From Octopus bimaculoides (lineage: Eukaryota), in contig NC_068995.1 in assembly GCF_001194135.2 (NCBI RefSeq), forward strand, positions 44,576,613 to 44,640,612: a stretch of 64,000 nt of DNA, read 5' to 3'. Below the pieces are notes generated by a model, which did no database searches, was not told where the DNA came from, and worked only from the letters and a program-made list of their open reading frames with translations. Positions 37,870 to 50,952 of the stretch are shown one piece after another. Made by a program: the position numbers and the translations under genes. Numbering within the stretch: position 1 is the stretch's first letter; every line of letters begins with the position of its first letter.

Positions 37870-38330
37870 TGCTCACAAACTGAAGTGCGCCAATTATTAT
37901 TGGTACAAATGTGAATTTACAATCTGGATATAGAAGCAGGTTGTCCATAATTATCCTCTTTCTCTTTGATTTCCAAAGAGATATTCACATCAGCTGGACA
38001 ACTGACCTATATGACAGTACATATTTTTTCTTGTCTATCTCCATCAAAAATATCCGACCTGTTACACTTACACTTGACAGGTGTTTTTTTATGGGAATGT
38101 TCCTCCAGTATTCCTTGTTTTGATTTCTGTGTACGTATTCAATAACAGGAAGATTGTATATATTAATTCCAGGGCAGTCGCTTTTCTGAATGACATTGTA
38201 TATTGGTTTTGTGACAACGTCATGTTGATTAGGGAGGTAGCATCTTGATAACATTTTTGGGCAGCTGCAAATTACATGTATGATGTCTTCCACAGAAATA
38301 TGATATAATTTACATTTTTGGTTGCATCTT
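37870..38330 (-). mobile_element. R4/Dong-type (RLE) non-LTR retrotransposon C-terminal fragment
   Basis: EDIIHVICSCP..L.R.Y...HD.V.K.IY zinc-knuckle region; LLYPDCKFTFVPIIIGAL. Confidence 0.75.
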
Positions 38331-38380
38331 GGAACTCCAACGGCTTCACAGTCTCTTTTGTTAATTGGGTATTTTGTAGC

Positions 38381-38772
38381 AGTGGAGGCGCAATGGCCCA
38401 GTGGTTAGGGCAGCGGACTCGCGGTCATAGGACCGCGGTTTCGATTCCCAGACCGGGCGTTGTGAGTGTTTATTGAGCGAAAACACCTAAAGCTCCACGA
38501 GGCTCCGGCAGGGGATGGTGGCGAACCCTGCTGTACTCTTTCACCACAACTGTCTCTCACTCTTACTTCCTGTTTCTGTTGTGCCTGTAATTCAAAGGGT
38601 CAGCCTTGTCACACTGTGTCACGCTGAATATCCCCGAGAACTACGTTAAGGGTACACGTGTCTGTGGAGTGTTCAGCCACTTGCACGTTAATTTCACGAG
38701 CAGGCTGTCCCGTTGATCGGATCACCTGGAACCCTCGACGTCGTAAGCGACGGAGTGCCAAACAACAACAAT
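38381..38772 (+). mobile_element. SINE family B (tRNA-derived head GGAGGCGCAATGGCCCAGTGG..., AAC tail)
   Basis: A/B boxes; approximate copies at 26862-27228(+), 42120-42722(-), 8735-9062(-), 7620-7745(-), 57985-58105(-). Confidence 0.85.
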
Positions 38773-38779
38773 TTTTGTA

Positions 38780-39050
38780 GCAATCTCCTGTAATTGGATT
38801 GCAAACGCATAGCCTTCGAAAGGTGATGTGATATAGCGGTCACAAGTACAAGAAAGGCTGCGTTTCATGTCGATATTACTGCTTTCTTCAAGTCTTAAGG
38901 AAACATATCCATGCATGGTCTCTTTATGATATGCTTAGAGTTTTACTTCCAGGTCTTCGGTTAGGTATGCTAGCCTGGCTGTTTTGAGTTTGTATGGGAG
39001 CTAATCAAGAAGAGAGTTCTTCCCGAGGAGTTTGCTGCCAACGCGTAGGG
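38780..39050 (-). mobile_element. R4/Dong-type fragment
   Basis: MHGY....ID.KRSL.....FEGYAFAIQ.QEI.TK motif. Confidence 0.7.
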
Positions 39051-39614
39051 TATTGTTTTCTTCACTTTTCAGCACTAAGTTAATGTATATATTATTTCTG
39101 CTATTGTTTAGCAAGTGCTGTCTGAGAGAGATTATACAACATTCGAAGGCTGTCTGTACTGATCTCAAGCCTGTAGTGGCGCGAAATTATAGCCGCCATT
39201 GAGGAAGTACAATTTGCGTATGCGCAAGGGACTTACCTTCCTGGAAGCCCCTCGAGTGCGCATGCGTAGTAAAACTAGTACTTAAAGAGTTACTTTCGTT
39301 TTATAACTCTTTTGAGCGCGATACCTTCGACGTGACGACACCTTGCTCCTCAACGAAGCACTCTTCAGCACGATGCCATCAATGTGATAGCTACTTGCTC
39401 CTCTGGCATGCATCAAGGAAGCTCTTAACCTTCCAATACTGATTACAAGTTAACCAGCGGCTGCTAAGCTGAATGACACAGGATTTGTAAAACCAAGCAT
39501 CATCAAAAATAAAACTTATTTTTATTATGTTGTTAAATTGTTCTACTGTTTCTTAATATATAATTTTGTTGAAAAGTGATAGAGAGAGACTAATGTCTCT
39601 ATTGCAGCAAATCA

Positions 39615-39860
39615 ACCTTTTACAAGCCTCTACCTCCTTCGTCCATCCTTAGGTCGAATCTGTCGATTTTACTATTTCTGTGGAGATTTCCACTTGATGT
39701 CAGTATCTTTCATATTGTGGGATATTGTCTTGTTGTATGAAGAGAGTTCCGACTGCATGTTTGTCTAAGTCAGACATAATATTCTTGGGTCGCTCTATCT
39801 TTATTCAAAGTCCTTCGTATGATGTTTTCATTATTGCCTTAGTTACTTATAGCATTCTTT
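39615..39860 (-). mobile_element. R4/Dong-type RT C-terminal fragment
   Basis: Decayed IDRF.L...EGGRGL motif. Confidence 0.5.
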
Positions 39861-40121
39861 GTGCGGGGAAGGTGAGATAGTGATTCTGTTGATGCACAGA
39901 TTTTGGGTCAGGAGGACTGATTTTTCCCGTTCAACAATTAAATATGAAAATTTCTTTTGGCCAAATTCCATTCCTATGTCAGCTGAAAGTGTCATGGCCG
40001 CAGTCAGACGACTGAAACAAGTAAGATAGTAAGAGAATAATTCCAGCTGTTTTCCGCATTGTTAGCATTTTTTTGCCTAAATCTTGAGGTCATCTACAAA
40101 GAAATGTATGTATGTATGTAT

Positions 40122-40166
<45 letters not shown>

Positions 40167-41127
40167 CGCGCGTGTTTTTTTGTTTTTGTTTAATTTAGCA
40201 TAAATTTCGACCGGTCACCTGCTTGGTAGCAAGGTTGTGAAAGATAGCGTCTTGTTCTGTTCTTGTTTAAATTTTGCAGATTTTTTATAGTCCCAGATAT
40301 CATGATCATGTATGTATAAATGTATATGATCGTGTATATATGTATATAGTACCAGATATCATGATCATGTATGTATGTAGAAATCTATGTATGTGTGTAT
40401 GTATGTATGTATGTATATGACTTTCGGTAAAAATCTGTGACGTCATGAGTGAGTGTGTAACATTCTCTTTCATCTGCTCGACAGAGCTGAACAAACACAC
40501 TCGCACACACACGACGTCATGTGCTAATACCGAAACATTGCCTACACACACACCCAGAAAGACAGACACGCAGACACACACACATACATTCGTAGTCACA
40601 TAGACATATACACATAGTTTACTGTCCCGTTATTGGTAGGATCACCAAAAAAAGTACTCCATCTAGTAAGAGATAAATATCATTTAATGAACTCAATATA
40701 TATTCTTCTTCTTCTTCTTCTTCTTCTTCTTCTTCTTCTTCTTCTTCTTCTTCTTCTTCTTCCCTGCCAAGAATTCACAACGACCTCGAACCCACAAGAG
40801 TAAACAAGAGAGACAGAGACAGGCAGAAACAAGGAAAATACCCCTTGTATTTGAATACTATGCAAATATTCTTTTAAAAATCTTTTCTTTTAATTTTTCC
40901 AAAATTGAATTGTTTTCCATACTTACAGTTACAAAAGTCTCAGTGACTGAAACCGGTACTGAAATGTATTTTATTAAATTATTTTAGCATTTTCTACCTT
41001 GACTTTTTTTCCATATATATATATATATATAATAGAAATATTTTTCAAAAAGAAAATAGAAACTACACGTGGAAAAGATATGGGGAAGGTAAGAAGAAAA
41101 AAAGCGAAAATGCACATTGAATATCAA

Positions 41128-41163
<36 letters not shown>

Positions 41164-41257
41164 GGCCTTTTTTTATGAAAAGTAGCGATAAATAAATACA
41201 ATTAGATGACCTTAGGTAGAATTAAGAGGAATTAAATTCATTATTTTGAATTGTTAA

Positions 41258-41570
41258 GGGGATTCAAAGTCAAACGGGTATCGTCATTGCTGTTCACTGG
41301 CTTTGAATGCACACCGATTTATCAAACAGTGTCAGATCTACTAGGCCCTGAGTAAAAAGATTGTGTAAGGGAGGTAAGTTGTTCTGGACATGGTGCAACT
41401 AGGGTCAATATAATACTGTAATATGAATGGTGTAAGGAATATATGGGTGTTAGTGGTATTATTGGTAAGGTTAGTAGTGTTCTGTATTATGTTATGTTCA
41501 TGTTAAGTTGTGGATGATATTTATTGATGAAAGTTGCTTTTTTATTCATTCTTTGTTGTACTATAAAAGC
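41258..41570 (-). mobile_element. Second copy of the same Penelope-like 3' end
   Basis: Reverse complement aligns by eye with 34790-35090 (caacaaagaatgaataaa...tgcattcaaagc...ctttgaatc). Confidence 0.8.
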
Positions 41571-44319
41571 TCCAAATAATTTCATGCTGTAGAGGTACAA
41601 TTATTTGGCAGATTTATATAACGTGCCATGTGTTTCCAAGTAATCTTTTAGGCTCATTGCATACCGTTCGACTTATTTGAAAACCAGAACAAAGGTCTTG
41701 GTTTTCTTACTTTTCTTTTCTTTTTTCTCGTCCCATTTTTGCTTCAATCATCTTCGCGTTTCTCTTCCCGTTTTTTCCCGTGTGTGTGTGTGTGTATCCT
41801 TTTTGCTATGTATTGGCAAAGATTGTAAAAAAACTGCATCGAAAAACTGGTGTTCATCGAACAAAGTTCCATGTGTTACAGAGAGACAAGGAAATGAACT
41901 GGTGAACCAGTGATTGCTTGTTGTAGACTCTTAAACATTGACCGACGCTATTGTCTACTAATTGACATTAAAATAAAACAAAATGCAATAAAATAATTGA
42001 TCGTTAAAGGTCGAAGAATGTACTTATTGTATTTGTACAAAGGATATTTATTGGTGTTATTAGAGAAGAGGCAAAACAGCGCCGGACTAGACGCCTTACA
42101 CATCTAGGCTCATTTGCCACAATTGTTGTTGTTGTTGGCACTCCGTCGCTTACGACGTCGAGGGTTCCAGTTGATCCGATCAACGGAACAGCCTGCTCGT
42201 GAAATTAACGTGCAAGTGGCTGAACACTCCACAGACACGTGTACCCTTAACGTAGTTCTCGGGGATATTCAGCGTGACACAGTGTGACAAGGCTGACCCT
42301 TTGAATTACAGGTACAACAAAAACAGGAAGTAAGAGCGAGAGAAAGTTGTGGTGGAAGAGTACAGCAGGGTTCGCCACCATCCCCTGCTGGAGCCTCGTG
42401 GAACTTTAGGTATTNNNNNNNNNNNNNNNNNNNNNNNNNNNNNNNNNNNNNNNNNNNNNNNNNNNNNNNNNNNNNNNNNNNNNNNNNNNNNNNNNNNNNN
42501 NNNNNNNNNNNNNNNNNNNNNNNNNNNNNNNNNNNNNNNNNNNNNNNNNNNNNNNNNNNNNNNNNNNNNNNNNNNNNNNNNNNNNNNNNNNNNNNNNNNN
42601 NNNNNNNNNNNNNNNNNNNNNNNNNNNNNNNNNNNNNNNNNNNNNNNNNNNNNNNNNNNNNNNNNNNNNNNNNNNNNNNNNNNNNNNNNNNNNNNNNCCA
42701 CTGGGCCATTGCGCCTCCACTTTGCCACAATAATGGGTTCTAATGATACGTGTGTGTGTGTGTGTGTTAGAGAGAGGGGGAGGGAGGGAGAGATGTTTAT
42801 TTTAGGATGTAAACGATAGCCAAATTTTGTATTAAAATTACATTTACTATAAAGACACAAATTAATACATTTTCTGGTAATATTCTGAAGTTGATTCCAT
42901 GGAAGAAAAAGAAGGAAGAAAAGATCGTTGTAGTTTACAAAAAACAAAAACAAAGGAAAAAAAGCATAGGCGCAGGCGTGGCTGTGTGGTAAGAAGCTTG
43001 CTTTTCAACAACATTGTTCTGGGTTCAATCCCACAGCGTGACACGTGGAGCAAATGCCTTCTTGTATAGCTTCGGGCCGGCCAAAGCCTTGTAAGTGGAT
43101 TTAGTAGATGGAAACGGAAAGAAGCCCGTCGTGTGTGTGTGTTTGTGTTTGTGTCTGTGTTTGTCCTTCCCGCCATCGCTGGACAGTCCCCATAAGCTAG
43201 CGGTTCGGTAAAAATGNNNNNNNNNNNNNNNNNNNNNNNNNNNNNNNNNNNNNNNNNNNNNNNNNNNNNNNNNNNNNNNNNNNNNNNNNNNNNNNNNNNN
43301 NNNNNNNNNNNNNNNNNNNNNNNNNNNNNNNNNNNNNNNNNNNNNNNNNNNNNNNNNNNNNNNNNNNNNNNNNNNNNNNNNNNNNNNNNNNNNNNNNNNN
43401 NNNNNNNNNNNNNNNNNNNNNNNNNNNNNNNNNNNNNNNNNNNNNNNNNNNNNNNNNNNNNNNNNNNNNNNNNNNNNNNNNNNNNNNNNNNNNNNNNNNN
43501 NNNNNNNNNNNNNNNNNNNNNNNNNNNNNNNNNNNNNNNNNNNTTGGTTAATTTATACATATTAAATAAGAATCCAATAACAGAAACAACAACAATAACA
43601 ACAACAACGACAGACTCACACACACACACGCCCCTCCCCTCACAAATAAAGTTTCATTAGAAAGACAAGTGAAAGATAAAATACGAAAAGAAATTTCTGT
43701 TGATCGGGTAAAGTGTAGTTTTAATGAGTTAATCAGATAAAATATGTGTTTTGTAAAAGAATATGGAATTTTTGGAACAATGAATCTCGAAGCAAATAAA
43801 GCTATAAATAGTAGCGTACAGCTATTGGGTAAAAAAAAAAAATAATAACCTTGGGGTAGAAAAAATCGAAGGCTGTCACCCGTAGGACGCGAAGCCACGT
43901 TTCTCGTGAAGAGGACAAGTGTTCTGTTAATGTAAAATTAAATGAATAGAGACATCTTTTAGATGAGAATTGTTAATATGGTTTGTGTGTTTGTTTGCAG
44001 TCATAAAAATGAATACATTTCTATTTCCATGTATGAAAATATTGGTCCTCCAAAACCAAGTTGTTTGTTGGATGTTTTACAACAGAGTCACATAGATGTA
44101 ATTATCGTTTCGGTTTAAACATTTGGCAATACACAACCCGCGACCATCGAATGCAACCAAATATTGTCAAATTGAAGCGGTGAAGATTTTCACAAATGAA
44201 AATGAGAATGTTATGTGTTGTAGACCAGAGTTCTATTACAATAATATGAGTCTGGAGGTAAAATAAATAAATAAATAAATAAAACAAGAACCATTTGTCT
44301 GAGAATCAGCGGCCTAGCT

Positions 44320-45939
44320 TTATAAAATCTTGAGAGAGGCCATGATGCCAAAACCTATCAGTATTGATAATATTTGAAGAAAGTTACCTTTATGGTTAAT
44401 CAGATCCGGACCGAGAATTTCAAAAAATGTCACGTAAAAAAGTGTACCTGTTGAAATACTTGTGAGAGTTCCAGAAAGTCCTTTGTGGAAATCCAACGGA
44501 TTCGTTTGACTGTTAGAAAGTAGCCATCCAATAGTTGCTCCGATTGGAGAAATAAACGAGAAGATTATCAACCAAAGCTTTACTCTCCACAGACGATCAG
44601 TAAATGTTTCTCGCAGTTTCAACGTCAAACTGAAGGCTATTAAACATTTGTGGAAAATGAGAGCAAACATAATGGTAAAAATATCCATTGCTTCTTTCCG
44701 TAATCCCAGAGTAATTCCGTCAAAAAATGAGTGAAATATCAACACTACGAGTAAAATAATAGCACCCGATTGGCGGAGGTTGTCGTTCTCTTCTATCTCT
44801 TCGACCGGCGTATTTTCTTCTGCTGTTTGGACGTTTGAAATATATTTCACGGGTCTTTCTTCATGTTTTTGTGCTGAATAATATTCATCATTATGATAAC
44901 ACGAGTTGTCATTGGCAAAATGTAACGGTATATTTGACTGATCTGTGACGGTGGAACCGTAAATCCCAATTGAAGAATGGCTACGACAAAATAGTTTCTC
45001 CTTGTTGCTGATATCTTGGCAAACGAATCTGCCATTCTGGGAGTCTACCAAGTGATTCTCGATCGAACATACACATTGATCTGGTATAAGAATACACAGT
45101 TCGTCGATGGTTTCTGCTAAGTTGGCCCGGTTTTCCTTAAATGTTTTTCCTGATTTATAAGGTTTCGTGTTGGAAATTAAACAACGCTCGGCGGTATTTT
45201 GGTATTTACAGTCAGATGGTAGAACTTCCTCATCAACAATATGAAGGCAAATATTTCTTGAAGAATTCTTTCTAGAATGGTTCTCGGTTGTGGCTTTATT
45301 TTCACTTTTATCGTTTCTTGAAGTGATCGTTGTTAGTTCAATTACTTCTGATGTTGTTGGTAGTGATGGTGATGATAGTGGTTGCTGTGATAATGTTTGT
45401 TGATGTTGATGTTGTGGTGGTGACGACGATGGTGATGACAATGTCGACGATGATGGTATTGGCGATTTTATCCCGTCTTGAAGGTTTGATTGTTCATCAC
45501 TAGATTTGTTCCTCTTTTCCCAAACTTTATACAGAATGGTAACGCTACGTTCTAGGAACAACACGAGAAAAAAACCTGCTGATACGAGCATTTCACAGAA
45601 TGGATACGTATAATTCTTATTCATTGATTTAAAGTACAAGTCCAGATCGAACGAAGATTCTGGGAGTAGGAAAAGTAGAGACATTCCAAAGAATATTCCG
45701 CCACTAAACATATTAAGAGAGCTGAAGAGCTTTTGCCAAGTAATTCTCGTCTTTTTTGTCGAATCTGTCCGATTTTCATCGAGTTTTCGTCCAACGTAGA
45801 CATAACAGAAAGCACAGGACGTTAATGTTCCAACCAAAAGGCCAAGAATTGCAGTACTTTTCGATATAGTTTCATCAATGGTTTCGTACTTGGTGTGGTT
45901 AGCTGAGTTGACTTCCGTTAAAGGAGATGTTTTTTCCAT
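44320..45939 (-). CDS. ZIP zinc/metal transporter, SLC39 subfamily II (ZIP1/2/3-like), 539 aa from the first ATG, single coding exon
   Basis: FSGGIFFG.SLL.LLPE, YPFCEML...GFFLVLFLE, HSFFDG, HKCLIAFSL, SPIG and GTLFYVTFFEIL motifs; ttacag acceptor 10 nt upstream of the ATG. Confidence 0.92.
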   Translation of the reverse strand: MEKTSPLTEVNSANHTKYETIDETISKSTAILGLLVGTLTSCAFCYVYVGRKLDENRTDSTKKTRITWQKLFSSLNMFSGGIFFGMSLLFLLPESSFDLDLYFKSMNKNYTYPFCEMLVSAGFFLVLFLERSVTILYKVWEKRNKSSDEQSNLQDGIKSPIPSSSTLSSPSSSPPQHQHQQTLSQQPLSSPSLPTTSEVIELTTITSRNDKSENKATTENHSRKNSSRNICLHIVDEEVLPSDCKYQNTAERCLISNTKPYKSGKTFKENRANLAETIDELCILIPDQCVCSIENHLVDSQNGRFVCQDISNKEKLFCRSHSSIGIYGSTVTDQSNIPLHFANDNSCYHNDEYYSAQKHEERPVKYISNVQTAEENTPVEEIEENDNLRQSGAIILLVVLIFHSFFDGITLGLRKEAMDIFTIMFALIFHKCLIAFSLTLKLRETFTDRLWRVKLWLIIFSFISPIGATIGWLLSNSQTNPLDFHKGLSGTLTSISTGTLFYVTFFEILGPDLINHKGNFLQILSILIGFGIMASLKIL

Positions 45940-46547
45940 TATAACAAATCTGTAATAAACTTGTAACAACTGATTCTTGCTCTTTTAACTGTCTCTTCAT
46001 CGTTTCAAGGATCGTGTCATTGTTCTTACGTGAAATCTGAACTGTTTTCAATTGAAAACACTTCGTGTACAAAGTCTAATGCTGAATATAAACTAGCAAA
46101 CTGGAAAAAAAAAAAAACAGAACTGTAACATATAGACACATAAATACATACGTATATAGACAAGTATACAAAGAAGATATTATAATGTAATTAAAACTAT
46201 TCAGTATTAACTTGGTATAATAATATTGGGTCGTTAAAATTTGCATAAAAAACAATGGCGATATTATTTTAACGACAGTCACCATATTAGTTTTCTACAA
46301 AGTTGAAAGAACAGAACAGCTGTGCCAGAATGACAGTCATATAATTTGTTGAGAATATAATCGTTTAAACATGTAAATGCAATACAAACCGTTAAGCACG
46401 GTTTGTTAAATACCCAGCAATCTTAAACACCTGCTTTTTTTCTCTTTATATTTAGGGCAAATGCAAATGTTCACATGTGTGTGTGTGTATGTGTGCGTGT
46501 GTGTATTTGAATGTGTGTACATACGTGTATGTATTTATTTCCCTTTC

Positions 46548-46585
<38 letters not shown>

Positions 46586-46718
46586 NNNNNNNNNNNNNNN
46601 NNNNNNNNNNNNNNNNNNNNNNNNNNNNNNNNNNNNNNNNNNNNNNNNNNNNNNNNNNNNNNNNNNNNNNNNNNNNNNNNNNNNNNNNNNNNNNNNNNNN
46701 NNNNNNNNNNNNNNNNNN

Positions 46719-46762
<44 letters not shown>

Positions 46763-48264
46763 GCATACATACATGTACACATGCACGCACACACACACAC
46801 ACACACACATATGTATATATGGGTATAAATGTCTATACACATACATACATACATATTCACACTTACACGTATACATATCTCCATATCTCCATATTTGAAT
46901 ATATATGTTTTATATACATATGTGTGTGTGTGTGTGTGTGTTGTGGCGGCGTGTTTCTGAGCGCATTCTCTTACAGTTTATAGTTCATTAATAGACTAGG
47001 ATTGTTCAAGCAATTCATTGCTATATACGTTAGTATATAGAACTGGCGCACACGCACACGCACACTCACACAGGTACGCACACGCAAACACATTCCCACA
47101 CACCCACACACGCATACAACACGCGAACAACACACACACACAAACCACTTTATAGAAAAGAAATGACGTTAGTTTGTGAATTTATCGAATCCTGGTCAAC
47201 TCTGGTGACCTTTGAGTGCCTCTCTTCTACTGCATGACAGTTGAGGCCGGTGCAGTGGAATTTGAACTTCTGTGCACAGAAGAATGATGAATAGGGTGAG
47301 TAAACAAAGAATCATGTTGATGGACTGCTAAAACGAACAGTCGAATCCCCTTCAAAATGCTTGTCTTCATAAGTCAAAAGAAATACAGGATAGAAATGTG
47401 ATGAATGTTGTAGACGGAATGGTGAGAGGGAAAACTTCAAAGAAACAATTTTAAAAAAAAGAAAGAAAAAAGAAAAAAACCAACGCAGAAAGAAAAAAGT
47501 AGACGTTGGCGTAGCCGTATGGTTAAGAAGTTTGCTTCCCAACTCGTATGTGTTCTTGGGTTCAGTTCCACTGCGTAGCAACTCGGGCAAGTGTGTACTA
47601 CCATAGTCCCTGGTCGACTAAAGTCCTGTAAGTGGGTTCCGGTAGACGGAAAATGAAAGCTGAAAGAAGCTCCATATANNNNNNNNNNNNNNNNNNNNNN
47701 NNNNNNNNNNNNNNNNNNNNNNNNNNNNNNNNNNNNNNNNNNNNNNNNNNNNNNNNNNNNNNNNNNNNNNNNNNNNNNNNNNNNNNNNNNNNNNNNNNNN
47801 NNNNNNNNNNNNNNNNNNNNNNNNNNNNNNNNNNNNNNNNNNNNNNNNNNNNNNNNNNNNNNNNNNNNNNNNNNNNNNNNNNNNNNNNNNNNNNNNNNNN
47901 NNNNNNNNNNNNNNNNNNNNNNNNNNNNNNNNNNNNNNNNNNNNNNNNNNNNNNNNNNNNNNNNNNNNNNNNNNNNNNNNNNNNNNNNNNNNNNNNNNNN
48001 NNNNNNNNNNNNNNNNNNNNNNNNNNNNNNNNNNNNNNNNNNNNNNNNNNNNNNNNNNNNNNNNNNNNNNNNNNNNNNNNNNNNNNNNNNNNNNNNNNNN
48101 NNNNNNNNNNNNNNNNNNNNNNNNNNNNNNNNNNNNNNNNNNNNNNNNNNNNNNNNNNNNNNNNNNNNNNNNNNNNNNNNNNNNNNNNNNNNNNNNNNNN
48201 NNNNNNNNNNNNNNNNNNNNNNNTATATATAGATAGATAGATAGATAGATAGACAGATAGATAC

Positions 48265-48308
<44 letters not shown>

Positions 48309-48311
<3 letters not shown>

Positions 48312-48689
48312 TGCAGTTAAGTATATGTCCGGTCATTGAGTGCCCAATGGTTTCGCATCCATAAAGGGCTTAGCCCCATGGACGACTCGTCAGATTTAGC
48401 AGACGAATGCCATTTAGTGCTTCAAGCCTCGGAAGTAGAAATCCGTTACGCTCAGTTCGTAAGTAAACAAAGGAATAAACACTCCAGGTCGACGAGAATG
48501 GGTTATCTCCCTTAGACCACTCTACGTGGGTCAAAATGGGACAACGGGAAACTCCGTCCTTAGGTTGCTTTTAGCTCGTAAGGATCTTTTGGCCCGTAAG
48601 GCCCATGCTACAAGCAAGGGATTCCCCATTCATCGATTAGATCCGAAAAGATCACTGTATGACCACCGGACACATATCTAACTGCATAT
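48309..48689. mobile_element. ~380-bp structured element with ~28-bp imperfect TIRs and an internal hammerhead-like core on the minus strand
   Basis: ATATGCAGTTAAGTATATGTCCGG vs reverse complement of CCGGACACATATCTAACTGCATAT; CTGACGAG..stem..CGAAAC at 48346-48414 (-). Confidence 0.6.
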
Positions 48690-48753
48690 AAATACATTAC
48701 TGCACCTTAGAGTGTACTTCTTTTTCGGATATACGATACACTAACGATATATA

Positions 48754-48804
<51 letters not shown>

Positions 48805-49029
48805 CATGTATGTATATCGTCAGTGTATCTGTGTTGGCGATTGTATCTGGATGAAGTTGATGGAGACTGTGAAAAGATTTTGAGGCGCTATGTGGAGGAT
48901 CTCTGTAAAAAGGAAACATATAATAGCAGACATAATCAGTGTGTGTGTACGTGTGTGTGTGTGTGTACGTGTACATGAATCCTTTGAGCGGTCTCTTAAC
49001 GCGGTTAAAAACTCTTATGAACATGACAT

Positions 49030-49260
49030 GATTTAGTTAAGACAGCTGCTAATTACACGCTTGATGTCTTCCACAGACACATGACATAACCTACACATGC
49101 GGTTGCACCGTGGGATTGCAAGAGTGTCACTGTCTCTCTTGTTCACCAGGTATATTGTGACCAATCTCCTGTTCCTAGATTGCAAACGCATAGCCTTCAA
49201 AGTGTGATGTGATGTGATGTAGTGGTCTTGTGTCCAAGAGAGGCTACGCTTTGCGTCAAT
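49030..49260 (-). mobile_element. R4/Dong-type fragment
   Basis: IDAKRSLSW and CRLCHVSVEDIKRVISSC zinc knuckle; related short piece at ~49530-49600. Confidence 0.7.
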
Positions 49261-50734
49261 TCTATTGTTTTCTTTGTCTTTACATTCTGAGTTCAAATTC
49301 CGCAGAGGTCGACTTTGCCTTTCATCTTTTCGGGGTCGATAAATTAAGTACCAGTTGTGTATTGAGGTCGTTCGAATCGACTGGCCCTCTCCCCCAAAAT
49401 TTCGGGCCTTGTGCCTAGAGTAGAAAAAAAAAATTCTACTATCTTCTTCAAGCTTCCGGGCGAAAAAAAAAAAAAGACTATGTAAATTGTTTTAGCGACA
49501 ACATCAGGGCGCATAGGGAGACCGTGACGACATTTTAGGACAACTGCTAATTACATGCGTGATGTCTTCCACAGAAACATGATATAGCCTACACATAGTC
49601 TTTTTTTCTTTTTTTGTATGCTGAGTACTTCCCATCCAGGTTTTCATTTTTCAACAACATCAACAGGGTATGTATGTATGTATGTATGTATGTATGCATG
49701 TAGGTACGTTCCCTTCTGTTTTTATTTGAATTCTCCATCTGAAGAAGGAGCTGGTTTCTAACAAAGATACAAAGCTGCATCGTTGGAATGTAGTTAACAA
49801 GACAATGTCACATTCTAAACTTGAGAAGAGTTTTGCATATTTTTATTGTTCCATTTACAGATTGCATTTGTAATGTGCGGGTAACTTGACTGGTTTCTTT
49901 TTCTGAGAACCCTAACTTATTCAGCTTGTCACTGAAGCATTTACTCACAAAGCCGAGAGCACTAAATTATTATTGGTGAGATGTACGTATGTATGTATCT
50001 ATGTATGTTTGTATGTATACAGGGACGTGCTCCCACTCAAGAAAAGACGTGCGCCCTTTTAAATAATGCTATTACGCCCTTTTCTTCTGGAATTGTATTA
50101 CCTTCTGACTTTGTGCCCTCCCTTCGAAAAATTCCTGGGACCACGCCTGGTATGTATGAATGTATGTATGTATGTATGTATGTATGTATGTATGTATGTA
50201 CTCTAAACCACTTATGTATACCAGCTGCGCAATAAGTATTATAAATGAAACACTAACGTAATATATTTCCATGTTTTGTTTTGTTAAACTTCTTCATTTT
50301 GTTATTTCTTTCTTCTTTATTTTACACTTAATTATCGACAAATCATTAAATTTCCTTGGAACATTCAACAATAAAACTTCGATATTAATGAATATGTAAT
50401 CGATATTGTCCGAGTCTGGGTCTATTTTCACTGAATTACGCCGATTAAACAGAAGTAAATTATGTGCGTCTTAGTTATATTATCGACTGAACGGTACCTC
50501 CTGACTTGAAGAGCTCCGTTAAGATGGCGACAGAGAGACAAAAGAAGCTAAATTTTAGGTTAAGTAGTAAACACACTTAGGAAGTGGATTAATCACATTA
50601 AGGCTGTCATTTCTACTGCTGGAGTGGTGGTGCTGGTGGTGATGGTGAGGGTTCTGTTGGGGTTGTGTAAGTATGACGGATGACACCTGTATTATTCGCC
50701 AATCCTACACACGCACACGCGCGCACATAATAAA

Positions 50735-50952
50735 GCTTGATTCCAAATTTTGCCACCAGCCCAGCAATTTCGGGGGAGGGGGTAAGTCTACTATATCGAC
50801 TCCAGTGCTTAACTGGTACTTAATTTACCGACCCCGAAAGGATGAAATGCAAAGTCGACCTCGATGGAATTTGAACTCAGAACGTAAAGACAGACGAAAT
50901 ACCGCTAAGCATTTTGCGCGGCATGCTAACGATTCTGCTAGCCCACCGCCTT
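50735..50952 (-). mobile_element. SINE family C (GGCGAGCTGGCAGAA...GTCGACTTTGCCTTTCATCCTTTCGGGGTCGATAAATTAAGTACCAG core)
   Basis: Approximate copies at 2570-2752(-), 5490-5710(+), 5722-5945(+), 28807-29022(-), 31354-31462(+), 49272-49422(+), 55005-55130(+), 63213-63418(-). Confidence 0.85.
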
